DNA of 63,996 bases, counting the filler, from a bacterium (GTDB lineage Bacteria > UBA9089 > CG2-30-40-21 > SBAY01): the NCBI GenBank assembly GCA_040757115.1. It is 6 parts of 6 records of this genome, joined end to end, with 100 filler letters (N's around TTAATTAATTAA, not from the genome) between each part and the next. Parts side by side here need not be neighbours in the genome. Positions count along the whole stretch, not along the records: positions 38,407 to 45,561 come from JBFLYA010000192.1; positions 45,662 to 52,713 come from JBFLYA010000193.1; 4 more parts are not named here. One strand, written 5' to 3'. The number at the start of each line of letters is the position of its first letter. Position 1 is the stretch's first letter. A program made the translations under genes and the position numbers. The notes beneath the pieces are model-generated. The model saw only the letters and a list, made by a program, of their open reading frames with translations. It searched no databases and was not told the DNA's origin. Below, in pieces: positions 42,401 through 52,813 of the stretch.

Positions 42401-44646
42401 GGGATCAGGTTATGATACTTATCATAGCCTTGTGCATAAAACATCAGACTTTCAGTTACTCTTATGGTAGCAAAACCTGGAGTTATCTGAATATAATCTA
42501 CCGGACCAGGAATTACCTTGATTATTGCTGTTGCGGTTAATGTTCCAATCCAGGCAGAGATAGTGCCCATCCCTGGAGTTATTCCTGCCGTAAATAAAGT
42601 TACAGAGCCTATTTGAGAGCTAATATGACCAATATTATCTATCGCCCAATTAAAAGTTAAGCCATGAATGGGGTTATGATGTTGGTCATAACCACAAGCG
42701 GTGAATTCTTTTATTTTAGTAACCTCTAAAGTAACAGTAGCAGGATTAATTTTAATGTAATCTAAGACAGGAGAGATTATAGTTGTTATAGTCGTAGAAC
42801 TACCAACTATATTTGGATTAGTTTGTGATATTGCGGTTAAGGTAAGTGCATCCAGAGTACCTATTTTTGCCGTAGGAGGTATGGTAATCTGCACCTTTAT
42901 GGTCGCAGAAGCACCGGCATTTAGAAATATCGAACTAATGAGGTTATTGGCTATATCAAAAATTTGTGTCGTCCAGGAGTTAGAAGATGAAGCCAAAAGG
43001 TTAAAAGTATCGGCAACGAGTTCATTATTAGATATATTAAAGTCATAACTTAAAGTAGAGTCTGGAATAGTTTCTTTTCCCGCAGGGGCTAAAACAACTA
43101 CGCCACCGGGACTAATTATGCTTAATTGGTCGTTTGAATAAGGGGGAGGTTGCGTATTTACTTGAGTTTGTGTTGCACAAGAATTTGAAGAGCGAACTTC
43201 AAATAAATAAGTTCCATCTACAAGTGCGGCTGGAGTAAAATAGAATCCTTCCTCTGCCTCATCAAAATTTCCATCTGAGGATTGACAATCTATCCAGCTT
43301 CCACCATTTATCCTGTATTGAACATCAGTGATTAGATTTATTGTAATGTCACTTCCAGTCCCATAAGGATTATTATTCGGATAAGGATTGACTTTTACCG
43401 TCCCATTGTAAGTCGGTGTATTATCCGTAGTTGGGTCTGGGACATAAGATTGGAGTTGAGTTATTGGAAAGGTATCGACAATATCCAGAATATCATCATT
43501 ATCCGTATCTCGCCAGCCTATTTGTTGGCGGGTATAGGTACATACTGCCCCAATTGAATATGGAAATATCTGTCCTCGCATGATACAATCGTCATCTATT
43601 ATGCCATTAACTTCAAAGTTACCATTGATTATATTTAGATAGCCACTGTGGTCATCTGCTGAAGACCCGGAGCTACTATATTCATCTAAGGCGTAAAATA
43701 TATGCCCTATCTCATGGGCAGTGACGGCATCCATATTTTCTATTCCATAATTATCATTTTTATAAGTCATTACCACTAAAGGACCTCCAAGATAGGCATA
43801 GGCAAAATACTTTTTATCGGCAAACATACCATCGTCATCATTACTGGAATCAACGACATAGATAGTGAATGCCCAGTTCGTCTGATATATCTCTCTTAGA
43901 TGATTATTATAATCCCTAACCTTCGTTAAATACTTTGTATAAGAATTAGGATGAACGGTATCAATTGTCTGTGTAATCCATAGATCTTCATCTTTTTGAG
44001 TTAAGTTAATAGGTTCGTAGCTCGTAGGGACTTTTTTATGCAGTTCGTAAGTAAAACTCAAGTAGGCATCAGGTTCTTTATTTACCCACCAATCACAGGC
44101 AGACATTATCTCATTCACGACTTTAGTCTCTTCTGATATCTCCCAATTTTCCGTCCCGCCATTACTTTCTGGTAAGATTATGCCAACGGCAATCTTGCCA
44201 ATCATATACGCAGAAGTGTCAGAAAATGAGGCACCATAAGGAGGGGCTTTAGTTATAGGGCTTTCTTCTGGTTCCCAGATAAGGCAATCATCTCTAATTG
44301 GTTCTGGTTCTGGTAGTTTAAGAGGCAAGATTATCGGCGGTGGTTCAAATCTTAAATTCCAGACCTTAACAGCAAAAATAGCGGTTTCCCCTAAATTTTC
44401 TACTGCTGAAAGTGGAATTATTCCATTATAGATATTCACATCTTTTATATTTGTTGGAATATCCCCAATCAAGATATGGGGTGGAAAGATATGAACTATC
44501 CTGCCGCCTTGTGATTCAATGAGTTTGATGACATTTCTCATTGAATTAAGGTCAGTAGATTGAGACACCGCTAAACTATATGTTCCTGCATCTGTTTCAG
44601 ACAGAAATAAAAAGATTGATAAGATAAGAAAAGATAAATATTTCAT
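39410..44646 (-). CDS. Large secreted Zn-metalloprotease with Ig-like repeats and a T9SS/FlgD-like C-terminal domain (split by a gap)
   Basis: Signal peptide from MKYLSF, 'HEIGH...A.DEY' motif, ~88-aa Ig-like repeats, C-terminus 'VYPVPF...IRIYDIAG.L...W...G..L.SGVYIY...GKIAVIR'. Confidence 0.8.
40689..42510. repeat. 531-bp near-identical intragenic tandem repeats
   Basis: Matching offsets 40689/41220 and 41978/42509; a 100-N gap lies inside the array. Confidence 0.9.
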
Positions 44647-44786
44647 AATTCCAGGTAAGGCGGAAAAAGTAACATTTGTCAAAGGAAGAATAACAAAAAA
44701 TTGGATAAAAGTCAAGGGAATTTTTGAGATTTCTCGCAAAGGACGCTAAGAAAAGTCCCCTGGCGACCTTTGCGTCTTGCCGAGAG

Positions 44787-45015
44787 GTAACTATTCACCA
44801 TTCACAATTCACCATTCACAATTTCTTCCCTAAATTTCCTTAATAATGGTGAATGGTGAATTGTCAATTGTGAATTGTGAATTATCACTCTTCACGGTGT
44901 CAAGCAAACCTGGCCCAAGAGTTCGATGCACCGCTATAGCGCATCCAATGACTCTATTCGATAATTCATCAAATTTCACTTCGTGCTCTCCGTACCCTTC
45001 GTGCTGAATAGTTAC
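44787..45015. mobile_element. IS66-type MITE with (TTCACAA)n / (TTGTGAA)n interior
   Basis: Ends GTAACTATTCA / TGAATAGTTAC; perfect TSD GCCGAGAG. Confidence 0.85.
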
Positions 45016-45045
45016 GCCGAGAGAAAATTTCTATTTAGTTTCATA

Positions 45046-45352
45046 GTAACTATTTAGCCACTGATTAACACGGATTAGCAGGGATAAATACAGAGGACAG
45101 AGGACAGAGGGCAGAGGGCAGAGGGCAGAAGGCAGAGGGCAGAGGACAGAGGGCAGAAGGCAGAGGACAGAGGCGGGTTGTCCCCCGCTGGCGGGGGTTA
45201 GGGGGTGGAAATTTCCTCCACTGGCAGAGAATCAAGAAGGATAGAAGATAAAAGTCAGAAGGCGAAAAACCCTTCAGCCTTCAGCCTAATTACCGACACG
45301 GATTACGAATTTTCAGTGTTTCATCTGTGTCCCTCTGTGGCTGAATAGTTAC
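45046..45352. mobile_element. IS66-type MITE with a (GCAGAGG)n heptamer run
   Basis: Ends GTAACTATTTAGCCAC / GTGGCTGAATAGTTAC. Confidence 0.75.
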
Positions 45353-45361
45353 CATTTTTTT

Positions 45362-45795
45362 GTAAGCGTTCAGGTGGTGTAACAAAAGGAGATGTGGAGA
45401 TTAAGGAGATAGGGAGATATTATTAAAAAATTGGAATTAGTAGAAACTAATAGGAAATTTATGGAAATTTGTTGTTTTCCACAATCAATTTCTACCTATT
45501 TCTATAAATTTCAATCTATTTCTATTATCTTATCTCCATATCACTCTTATCTCCTTATCCCNNNNNNNNNNNNNNNNNNNNNNNNNNNNNNNNNNNNNNN
45601 NNNNNTTAATTAATTAANNNNNNNNNNNNNNNNNNNNNNNNNNNNNNNNNNNNNNNNNNNNAGAAATTGATTGTGGGAAACAACAAATTTCCATAAATTT
45701 CTATTAGTTTCTACTAATTTCAATTTTTTTATAATAATATCTCCCTATCTCCTTAATCTCCACATCTCCTTTTGTTACACCACCTGAACGCTTAC
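45362..45795. mobile_element. Two opposite partial copies of the ~236-bp IS66-type MITE joined by a gap
   Basis: The same GTAAGCGTTCAGGTGG end occurs at both extremities. Confidence 0.75.
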
Positions 45796-46103
45796 CATTT
45801 GGGAAACCATCCTCAAAACTTCACTCCCTGAATTTTTCCTAACCCTTACTACAGAAGTATAGGCAGGTCTCTCAAGCCTTCATTCTTCTGCAATTTCTGC
45901 CCACTTTAGTCTGAGGTCTGATGTCTATAGTCTACTGTCTGAATCACAGAGATACATTGCAAATGACGATTTTGGACACTCTTATCCTCTGGAAGGCACA
46001 GGCTTCCAGCCTGTGTGATACAGGTAAGATGCCTGTGCCAGCATAACTCAGGCAATATCAACAAGTTCGGGAGTATTTTCAGATGAAAGACTTTAAATGA
46101 TAT

Positions 46104-46991
46104 TTATTCAGTTTTATCACTATCCTTGTTTAGAATAGATGGTGGTCTGTAGAGATTAAGAAGGGTATTGAGGAAAGAGGTAATCCTCTCAATAGCATCG
46201 TCTATCTGATGGATGGTTTCTTGAACCACTTCATTCTCCTTAGGAAAGGTCATCTTGAGGTAGTAAATCCCTGCCTTTACTACAGTCAAGGGGTTTTTTA
46301 TCTCATGGGCTGATTCAGAGGCAAGATGGGCGGCAAGAGCCATCTTCTCCTTTTCCATAAGCTCTTTCTCTTTCCTCATTATCTCCTTTTCCTGGTCTTT
46401 TATTTTATCTATAAAATATCCACTTATTACAGCTATCCCCAAAAAGAAGATACATCTACCAATTATAATCGAAAGAACATAGCCTCCATCCTTATAGAGA
46501 GTAATCCCTATTTTCCCTACCGGGATTGGAGGTAAAATCATAAAGTATTCAAGGGATATCAAAAGTGAGAAAAGAAGGCTGGATAAAGCAGCAATAATGA
46601 TAGCCCCTCTTTGCGAGAGAAGAAAAGAGGCACCAATGATAACAATAGTGTAATTGAGTGGGCAAATAGCCGCGGCTAAGCCACCCTGAAGATGCACCGA
46701 ATAGGTTATTGCCATAAGGTCTGCAGTTAGTGAGGAAAAGGAAAGAAGAAAAAGGCATCTTTTACTCTCTTTGCAGACTTGCTTGCTTAAAAAGAAAAGA
46801 AAGACAAGATTTAGCAATAAGATAATTGTGGTTATATAAAGGATGGGGTAATTTAAGGGGATGGTTTGGGTAGATGCCCTTAACAAAGCAAGAGCAAGAG
46901 CAAGACTATATAGAATAACCCGGATATAGATTCCATATCTGTTCCAACCAATTAATCTTTCCCTTTGTATCTCTTCAATATCTATACTCAT
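46104..46991 (-). CDS. Membrane sensor with HisKA domain but no HATPase domain
   Basis: About 6 TMs and the H-box 'AHEIKNPL'; the protein stops about 55 aa later. Start corrected to MSIDIEE. Confidence 0.7.
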   Translation of the reverse strand: MSIDIEEIQRERLIGWNRYGIYIRVILYSLALALALLRASTQTIPLNYPILYITTIILLLNLVFLFFLSKQVCKESKRCLFLLSFSSLTADLMAITYSVHLQGGLAAAICPLNYTIVIIGASFLLSQRGAIIIAALSSLLFSLLISLEYFMILPPIPVGKIGITLYKDGGYVLSIIIGRCIFFLGIAVISGYFIDKIKDQEKEIMRKEKELMEKEKMALAAHLASESAHEIKNPLTVVKAGIYYLKMTFPKENEVVQETIHQIDDAIERITSFLNTLLNLYRPPSILNKDSDKTE

Positions 46992-46996
46992 ATCTT

Positions 46997-47488
46997 TCCC
47001 CTGAAAATAGGAAGTAGAGAGTAGAAAGTAGAAAGTAAAGAAAACATCACTCCTCACGCCTATCTCCTTACCTCCCACCTTCTATCTCCTACCTACTATT
47101 TTCATCCTCATTTGTGAACCCACGGTTCATGAGCGTTTCCCCTGAAAATAAGAAAGTAGAAAGTAGAGAGTAGAAAGTAAAGAAAACATCACTCCTCACG
47201 CCTATCTCCTTACCTCCCACCTTCTATCTCCTACCACTATTTTCATCCTCATTTGTGAACCAAAGGTTCATGAGAGCCTCTCCTGAAAATGTTCGTAAGT
47301 CATTGATTTGCAAGAATTTATGAATTTTCGACTAAAAACTTTTTTTCACCACGAAGACACGAAGAATTAAACAACAAATCTTTTAATTTCCTTTAATTCT
47401 TTCTTCGTGAACTTCGTGGTCCCTTCGTGCTCTTCGTGGTTTATTTTCATCTCCCTTTGTGAGCCGCAGGTTCATGAGCGTTTCTCCT
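46997..47488 (-). repeat. ATTTTCA...TGAAAAT hairpin cassette array, locus 1
   Basis: Junction hairpins at 47098-47149, 47239-47290 and 47443-47488, half-site at 46997-47008; modules A, A, B in plus-strand order. Confidence 0.85.
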
Positions 47489-47778
47489 TTCGATATCTGA
47501 CTTTTAACCATATAGGTCTCAGTGTAAAGTTAGATTTTATAGTAAGTATTAACCAAAAGTTCACATTAGTATTGTTGATAGTTGATGGTTGATAGTCTAT
47601 GAAACTATTAACTATAAACTATCAACCATCAACCCTGTTGCTATATCTGTTCTATGAGGAATTTTCGTTAATAACTATTATATACCCATAATTTCAAGCG
47701 TGACAAAGCACTGGTCTACTTCCTCGCTTTCTCACCTGCTCACTTTCTCATTTGCATAATCTCCTACACACTAAAAAG

Positions 47779-49059
47779 TTACTTACCTTTATTACACAGA
47801 CCCACAGCCAATTTGTTTGCATTGTTTATAACCAGGATTTTAGCCGCTGGGTCTTTTTCTAACCAGTTGTCTATAATTCTCTGTGGGTCATCAATGGGGA
47901 GTGTCCCAATTTCTTGCAGGTCTTGATGGTTATACTCAGAATAAACAAAGACTTTACTCACCCTTTGAAGGTAGTTCTTGAATCTAAATGCCTTGTAAAG
48001 ACCAAAGTCGGCATCTTTTTCTTTAATCTTACTGGCAATGTTCTCATAGTTTTGTTTTAAAATAGGTAAAAGTTTTGGGTCATCATGTATTCCACCTTGA
48101 ATGTTTGCGAGCCAGAGAACCTCTGTTTCCCTGTTCACAACCTGTTTGGTCAACTCTAATGACCTTTGAGCAACATAAAATGTTTTATCTTCATCCTTGC
48201 CCGGACTTACGATAAGATATTTGGTTGGATTTGTTGTAAAACTCATAGATTTATCAATAATTTTAATTCCTTCACAAGTAACTTCCTTTACTTCTCCTGC
48301 CTTTGCCCAGATTATCTCTTCATTTCCGACAAAGGCTAAGGCAAATACATATCTGTTCTTGATGATTAATTCCATTCCTTCTAACATATCTTCGGCGATA
48401 GGATTTTGTCTTTTTTGAGGCAATGGGTGCCAGGGATGTCTTCCATAGATAGAATCCTCTTCGACAATCAAGGCACAATGATTTTGACGGATAGTTTCAA
48501 AAGAGCAGATACCGGGTAAAAAGTTTTTAACTGGATTGCTATATCCTCCAAAATAATGGGGTTTCATACCAGAGACGACAATAAACATATCGCAGGACAT
48601 CGCTTTTTTATTTACAAATACCTCTGTTTTTCGCCAGGTAGTGCCAATATATTCAAATTCATCATTATTTGTGGATTCATTTATGGCTATATCGAAATTT
48701 AAGGAATATGAATTAACGATACCTCTAATAAATTCACAAAGTTCAAGGTTATGTAAAGGTTTATGGGTGCCAGTGGCAATGAGAACCTGAATAAAATGGG
48801 CTTTTTTTAATCTTTCACATAAAGGTTTGAGAATCTGTTCTCTGGGTTGTTTTCGGGTGCTATCGTCCAGGATGATACAAACTCTTTTCTCAGATACAAT
48901 ATCTTCCAATTTTGGTGTTGCGGCTTTTAATGCCCGTTCAAAAGTTTCAAAAGAGGCTTTTTCGCCGCTTATTTTCAGGCTAAAAAAATTAGCTAAATTT
49001 GTATCCGAAATAAATAATCCCATTTCTTTTTCGCCATAATCTAAATTAACTTTCATCAT
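47779..49059 (-). CDS. LarA (lactate racemase)-superfamily protein
   Basis: 'IILDDSTR', 'IATGTH' and 'PHYFGGYS..VK.FLPG' motifs. Confidence 0.8.
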   Translation of the reverse strand: MMKVNLDYGEKEMGLFISDTNLANFFSLKISGEKASFETFERALKAATPKLEDIVSEKRVCIILDDSTRKQPREQILKPLCERLKKAHFIQVLIATGTHKPLHNLELCEFIRGIVNSYSLNFDIAINESTNNDEFEYIGTTWRKTEVFVNKKAMSCDMFIVVSGMKPHYFGGYSNPVKNFLPGICSFETIRQNHCALIVEEDSIYGRHPWHPLPQKRQNPIAEDMLEGMELIIKNRYVFALAFVGNEEIIWAKAGEVKEVTCEGIKIIDKSMSFTTNPTKYLIVSPGKDEDKTFYVAQRSLELTKQVVNRETEVLWLANIQGGIHDDPKLLPILKQNYENIASKIKEKDADFGLYKAFRFKNYLQRVSKVFVYSEYNHQDLQEIGTLPIDDPQRIIDNWLEKDPAAKILVINNANKLAVGLCNKGK

Positions 49060-49064
49060 TAAAA

Positions 49065-49160
49065 ATTATAGCATATAAAATGGATATTTAGCAAGAATTT
49101 TTTGACCCATTACACCCGTGGACTTTTTCCACTTGACAAATTCTAATTTTTTGATATAAT
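49065..49160. promoter_or_regulatory. Divergent sigma70 promoters (larA-like gene / dxr)
   Basis: Minus strand TTGCTA-18-TATAAT (49094-49065); plus strand TTGACA-16-TATAAT (49133-49160). Confidence 0.65.
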
Positions 49161-49169
49161 AGTGGTGGT

Positions 49170-50306
49170 GTGAAAAAAATTGCTATTTTAGGTTCGACGG
49201 GTTCTATTGGGATAAGTGCTTTATGGGTAATAGATAAATTCAAGCAATATTTTGAAGTCGTGGGGTTAGCCGCTAATAAAAATGTTGATTTATTAGAAAA
49301 GGAAGTCCGAGAATTTAATCCTAAAATAGTATGCCTATCAGATGAAGATGGGGCAAATAAGTTAGTTCAAAGATTAAAAAACCATCCCTGTAAAATAGTT
49401 AGTGGACAAATGGGATTGATTGAAATTGCTTGTCTAAAAGAGGCAGATTTGGTCATCTGTGCGATTGTAGGTTCAGCAGGTTTAATCCCTTTAATAGAGG
49501 CCATTAAAGCCAAAAAGCAAATTTGCCTGGCAAACAAAGAAAGCCTGGTTATGGCGGGTAAGATAGTAATGGAGATTGCTCATAAAAATGGAGTTAAAAT
49601 CTTACCAGTGGATAGTGAACATAACGCTATATTTCAATGTTTAGAGGGGAAACTGACTAATACGATTAAAAGACTAATTTTGACAGGTTCTGGTGGTCCT
49701 TTTAGAGAAAGAGCGCATCTGGAAAATATTACTCCAGAGGAAACTCTTAAACATCCTACCTGGCAAATGGGGAAAAAAATCACTGTAGATTCGGCTACCC
49801 TGATGAATAAGGGACTTGAAGTTATAGAGGCACATTACTTATTTGGTGTTCCTATGTTGAATATCAAGGTAGTTATTCATCCGCAATCTATAATTCATTC
49901 TCTGGTAGAGTTTGTAGATGGTTCGATTTTAGGGCAAATGTCAATTACAGATATGAAAATTCCAATTGCTTATGCCCTTTCATATCCAGAAAGACTAAAA
50001 GAGGTATTACCTTCTTTAAATTTAACTCAAATTAAATCACTTACTTTTGAAGAGCCTGATTTTGATAGATTCCCTTGTTTATCTTATGGCTATGAGGCTG
50101 GGGAAAGAGGTGGAACTCTACCTGCAGTGCTTAATGGGGCAAATGAGGTTGCGGTCCATAGATTTTTAAATAAAGAAATAATGTTTATGGACATTCCTGA
50201 TATTATCAAAAAGGTGATGACTAAACATCAAGTTATTGAGAATCCCACCATAGATGAAATTTTATCCGCAGATGCGTGGGCAAGAAAAGAAGCAAGTAGC
50301 GTGTAA
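49170..50306 (+). CDS. dxr: 1-deoxy-D-xylulose-5-phosphate reductoisomerase
   Basis: 'LGSTGSIG', 'LANKESLV', 'PVDSEH' and 'HPTW.MG.KIT.DSATLMNKGLE' motifs. Confidence 0.95.
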   Translation: MKKIAILGSTGSIGISALWVIDKFKQYFEVVGLAANKNVDLLEKEVREFNPKIVCLSDEDGANKLVQRLKNHPCKIVSGQMGLIEIACLKEADLVICAIVGSAGLIPLIEAIKAKKQICLANKESLVMAGKIVMEIAHKNGVKILPVDSEHNAIFQCLEGKLTNTIKRLILTGSGGPFRERAHLENITPEETLKHPTWQMGKKITVDSATLMNKGLEVIEAHYLFGVPMLNIKVVIHPQSIIHSLVEFVDGSILGQMSITDMKIPIAYALSYPERLKEVLPSLNLTQIKSLTFEEPDFDRFPCLSYGYEAGERGGTLPAVLNGANEVAVHRFLNKEIMFMDIPDIIKKVMTKHQVIENPTIDEILSADAWARKEASSV

Positions 50307-50414
50307 AAAGAGAAGAGTTACAAATCACCAATGGAATTAAAAGCAAGTAATTGGTCAGTGGTAACGAATTACCATTCACCAGTTACCATTTACCAACGAA
50401 AGGAGAGATAAATA

Positions 50415-51716
50415 ATGAGTATAATAATTATTACAGCAGTTGCCGCTCTATTCGTATTCGGGATGGCAATTTTCTTTCATGAATTAGGTCATTTTCTAGC
50501 CGCAAAAAGAGAAGGAATAAAAGTAGAACGTTTCTCTATTGGATTTCCACCAAAATTATTTGCATTTAAACGAGGAGAGACAGAATATCGTATCGGAGCT
50601 ATTCCTGGAGGGGGGTATATTAAGATGGCGGGTGAAAATCCTGAAGAGGAATTAAAAGGCGAACCCTGGGAATTTCGCTCAGCGTCAATTAAAACACGAA
50701 TGAAGATTGTCCTTGCCGGTCCTTTATTGAATTTTGTGCTCGGATTCGTGCTCTTTTCCCTCATTGCCATACTGGGCATCCCAACCTATTCAAATATTGT
50801 CGGTAAAGTAGTAAAGGACTCACCAGCACAGAAAGCCGGAATATTAGAAGGAGATAAAATCATCAAAGTAAATAATACTTTAACTAATAACTGGCATGAA
50901 CTATCAAAAGTCATCCTTGAGTCGTCAGGTATGATAGAATTAACTATCTCCCGAAATGACAAAATAATAAAGGAAAAGGTAAAAATAACTAAAGATATAG
51001 AGCTGGGTATTTCTCCTTATGTTTCAACTCAAATCAAAAATGTGATTATAGGGTCGCCGGCATATAAATCTGGATTAAAGGAAGGGGATATCATTACATC
51101 TATTAATAACCAAAAGGTTTCACAATGGGAGGAAATGACACAGATTATTCGGAAAAGTCCTGGTAAAAAGTTAGCACTTAGTGTTCAGAGAGGGGAAAAA
51201 CAAATGGAGATTAAAATAATCCCAGCCGCTAAACCAGATTATGACCCGGAGAAGAAAAAGGAAATAAAAGTTGGTTCAATTGGTATCACCTCCTGCCACC
51301 AGCAATATCGGGTTAATCCTTTAGTCGCTTTATGGCAAGGATTACTTCAAACATTAGCGACTATCCAGCTTATTTTTGTTATCATGGGGCAACTCATAAT
51401 CGGTGGTCTTTCTCCTAAATTACTTGCTGGACCTATCGGTATTGTTCAAATGAGTGGTGAACAGGCACAATTAGGATTTACTGCCTTATTGAGTTTCCTT
51501 GGAATGTTAAGTGTTAATCTGGGTGTAATTAACCTTCTGCCTTTGCCAGTCTTAGACGGGGGGCATGTCATATTTTTAACCATAGAAAAGATACGCGGGA
51601 AAGCAATGTCAACTAAAACCCAGGAAGTGATTCAAACGATTGGGATTACGATTATTATCGCTTTAATAATATTTGTCAGTCAAAATGATATCAGAAGATG
51701 GATAGGATTACAATGA
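50415..51716 (+). CDS. rseP: RIP metalloprotease RseP
   Basis: HELGH motif, two PDZ domains, 'NLLP.PVLDGG'. Confidence 0.95.
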   Translation: MSIIIITAVAALFVFGMAIFFHELGHFLAAKREGIKVERFSIGFPPKLFAFKRGETEYRIGAIPGGGYIKMAGENPEEELKGEPWEFRSASIKTRMKIVLAGPLLNFVLGFVLFSLIAILGIPTYSNIVGKVVKDSPAQKAGILEGDKIIKVNNTLTNNWHELSKVILESSGMIELTISRNDKIIKEKVKITKDIELGISPYVSTQIKNVIIGSPAYKSGLKEGDIITSINNQKVSQWEEMTQIIRKSPGKKLALSVQRGEKQMEIKIIPAAKPDYDPEKKKEIKVGSIGITSCHQQYRVNPLVALWQGLLQTLATIQLIFVIMGQLIIGGLSPKLLAGPIGIVQMSGEQAQLGFTALLSFLGMLSVNLGVINLLPLPVLDGGHVIFLTIEKIRGKAMSTKTQEVIQTIGITIIIALIIFVSQNDIRRWIGLQ

Positions 51717-51744
51717 GACCAATAAAATCAGCACTAAAATTTAT

Positions 51745-51937
51745 CTAACCGTTCACCGCAGAGACGCAGAGAAAAAATTAAAATCTATTGGTAACTATTC
51801 AGCCACAGATGGACACAGATAAAACACTGATTTTATTTTTTTATCCGTGTTAATCAGTGGCTGAATAGTTACTTTATTTCTATGTCTTCTCTGCGAACTC
51901 TTGCGTCTCTGCGGTAAAGGACTACCTGAACGGTTAC
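51745..51937. mobile_element. Nested IS66-type MITEs
   Basis: Outer GxxExxY-arm element; inner perfect-ended palindrome at 51791-51872. Confidence 0.8.
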
Positions 51938-51961
51938 GGGCAATAAAGGAGGGGCGAGATT

Positions 51962-52162
51962 GTGACCAAAGGAATACACCGCAGACAAAAACCTATCTGG
52001 AAAAGTGTTCGTAAACCAATAGCACCACCAACTAAACCTCATAGCACGAAAAAAGGCAAAAAAGGCTATGATAGAAAGAAATGGAAATATGAGGATACAT
52101 CCGATATTTCTGAGGATATCCCCCCTCTTTTAGCCACGAAGATACTAAGACACAAAGTATAA
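51962..52162 (+). CDS. Small basic hypothetical protein
   Basis: SD AAGGAGG; 'RKPIAPPTKPHSTKKGKKGYDRKK' motif. Confidence 0.5.
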   Translation: MTKGIHRRQKPIWKSVRKPIAPPTKPHSTKKGKKGYDRKKWKYEDTSDISEDIPPLLATKILRHKV

Positions 52163-52168
52163 GTTTTA

Positions 52169-52326
52169 GTAAGCGTTCAGCCATCAGGTATCAGCAATCA
52201 GTTAACATCCAGGAAATCAGGATAGTAACAAATCCTACAATTTTGCGTAAAGGGTGTCTATGTGTCTGGTAGTCTATGTAACCCAGACACTTAGACACTC
52301 AGATACCAGACTACCTGAACGGTTAC
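52169..52326. mobile_element. IS66-type MITE with a distinct interior
   Basis: Ends GTAAGCGTTCAG / CTGAACGGTTAC; perfect TSD AAGTTTTA. Confidence 0.85.
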
Positions 52327-52589
52327 AAGTTTTAAACCCTACTCATTCCTCGCTACTGTTATACGGGTTAAAGATGGTATTAAGAATAAACCTTCTAAAA
52401 AATCGGGGTTCGAGGTTCGGATTTAGGGATTAGGGGATTCTTTTATTCCCGAACCCCCAATCCCGAATCCCTTTTTTCGTATCTTAGTAACCTGATGGTT
52501 AAATATAGCACTTATTATTCAAATATGTCCTTTGGCTTGCCTTCCCCATTTTTTATGATAAAATGGGAAAAAATAGAATATGAAAATTC

Positions 52590-52713
52590 GTAACCGTTCA
52601 GGCTATATATCAAAAGTGTAAGAAAGGGGATAAGGAGATAAGAGTGATATGGAGATAAGATAATAGAAATAGATTGAAATTTATAGAAATAGGTAGAAAT
52701 TGATTGTGGAAAA
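52590..52713. mobile_element. Partial ~236-bp IS66-type MITE ending at a gap
   Basis: Near-identical to the left part of 25695. Confidence 0.75.
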
Positions 52714-52813
52714 NNNNNNNNNNNNNNNNNNNNNNNNNNNNNNNNNNNNNNNNNNNNTTAATTAATTAANNNNNNNNNNNNNNNNNNNNNNNNNNNNNNN
52801 NNNNNNNNNNNNN

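Noticed and set aside
40689-42510. Diversity-generating retroelement TR/VR pair
   Set aside because: These are in-frame tandem domain repeats with few, mostly synonymous, non-adenine-specific differences, and no reverse transcriptase is in the window.
46997-47488. CRISPR interpretation of the hairpin arrays
   Set aside because: Repeats exceed 50 bp and diverge, spacers are 90-200 bp, reused and self-repetitive, and no cas genes are present.
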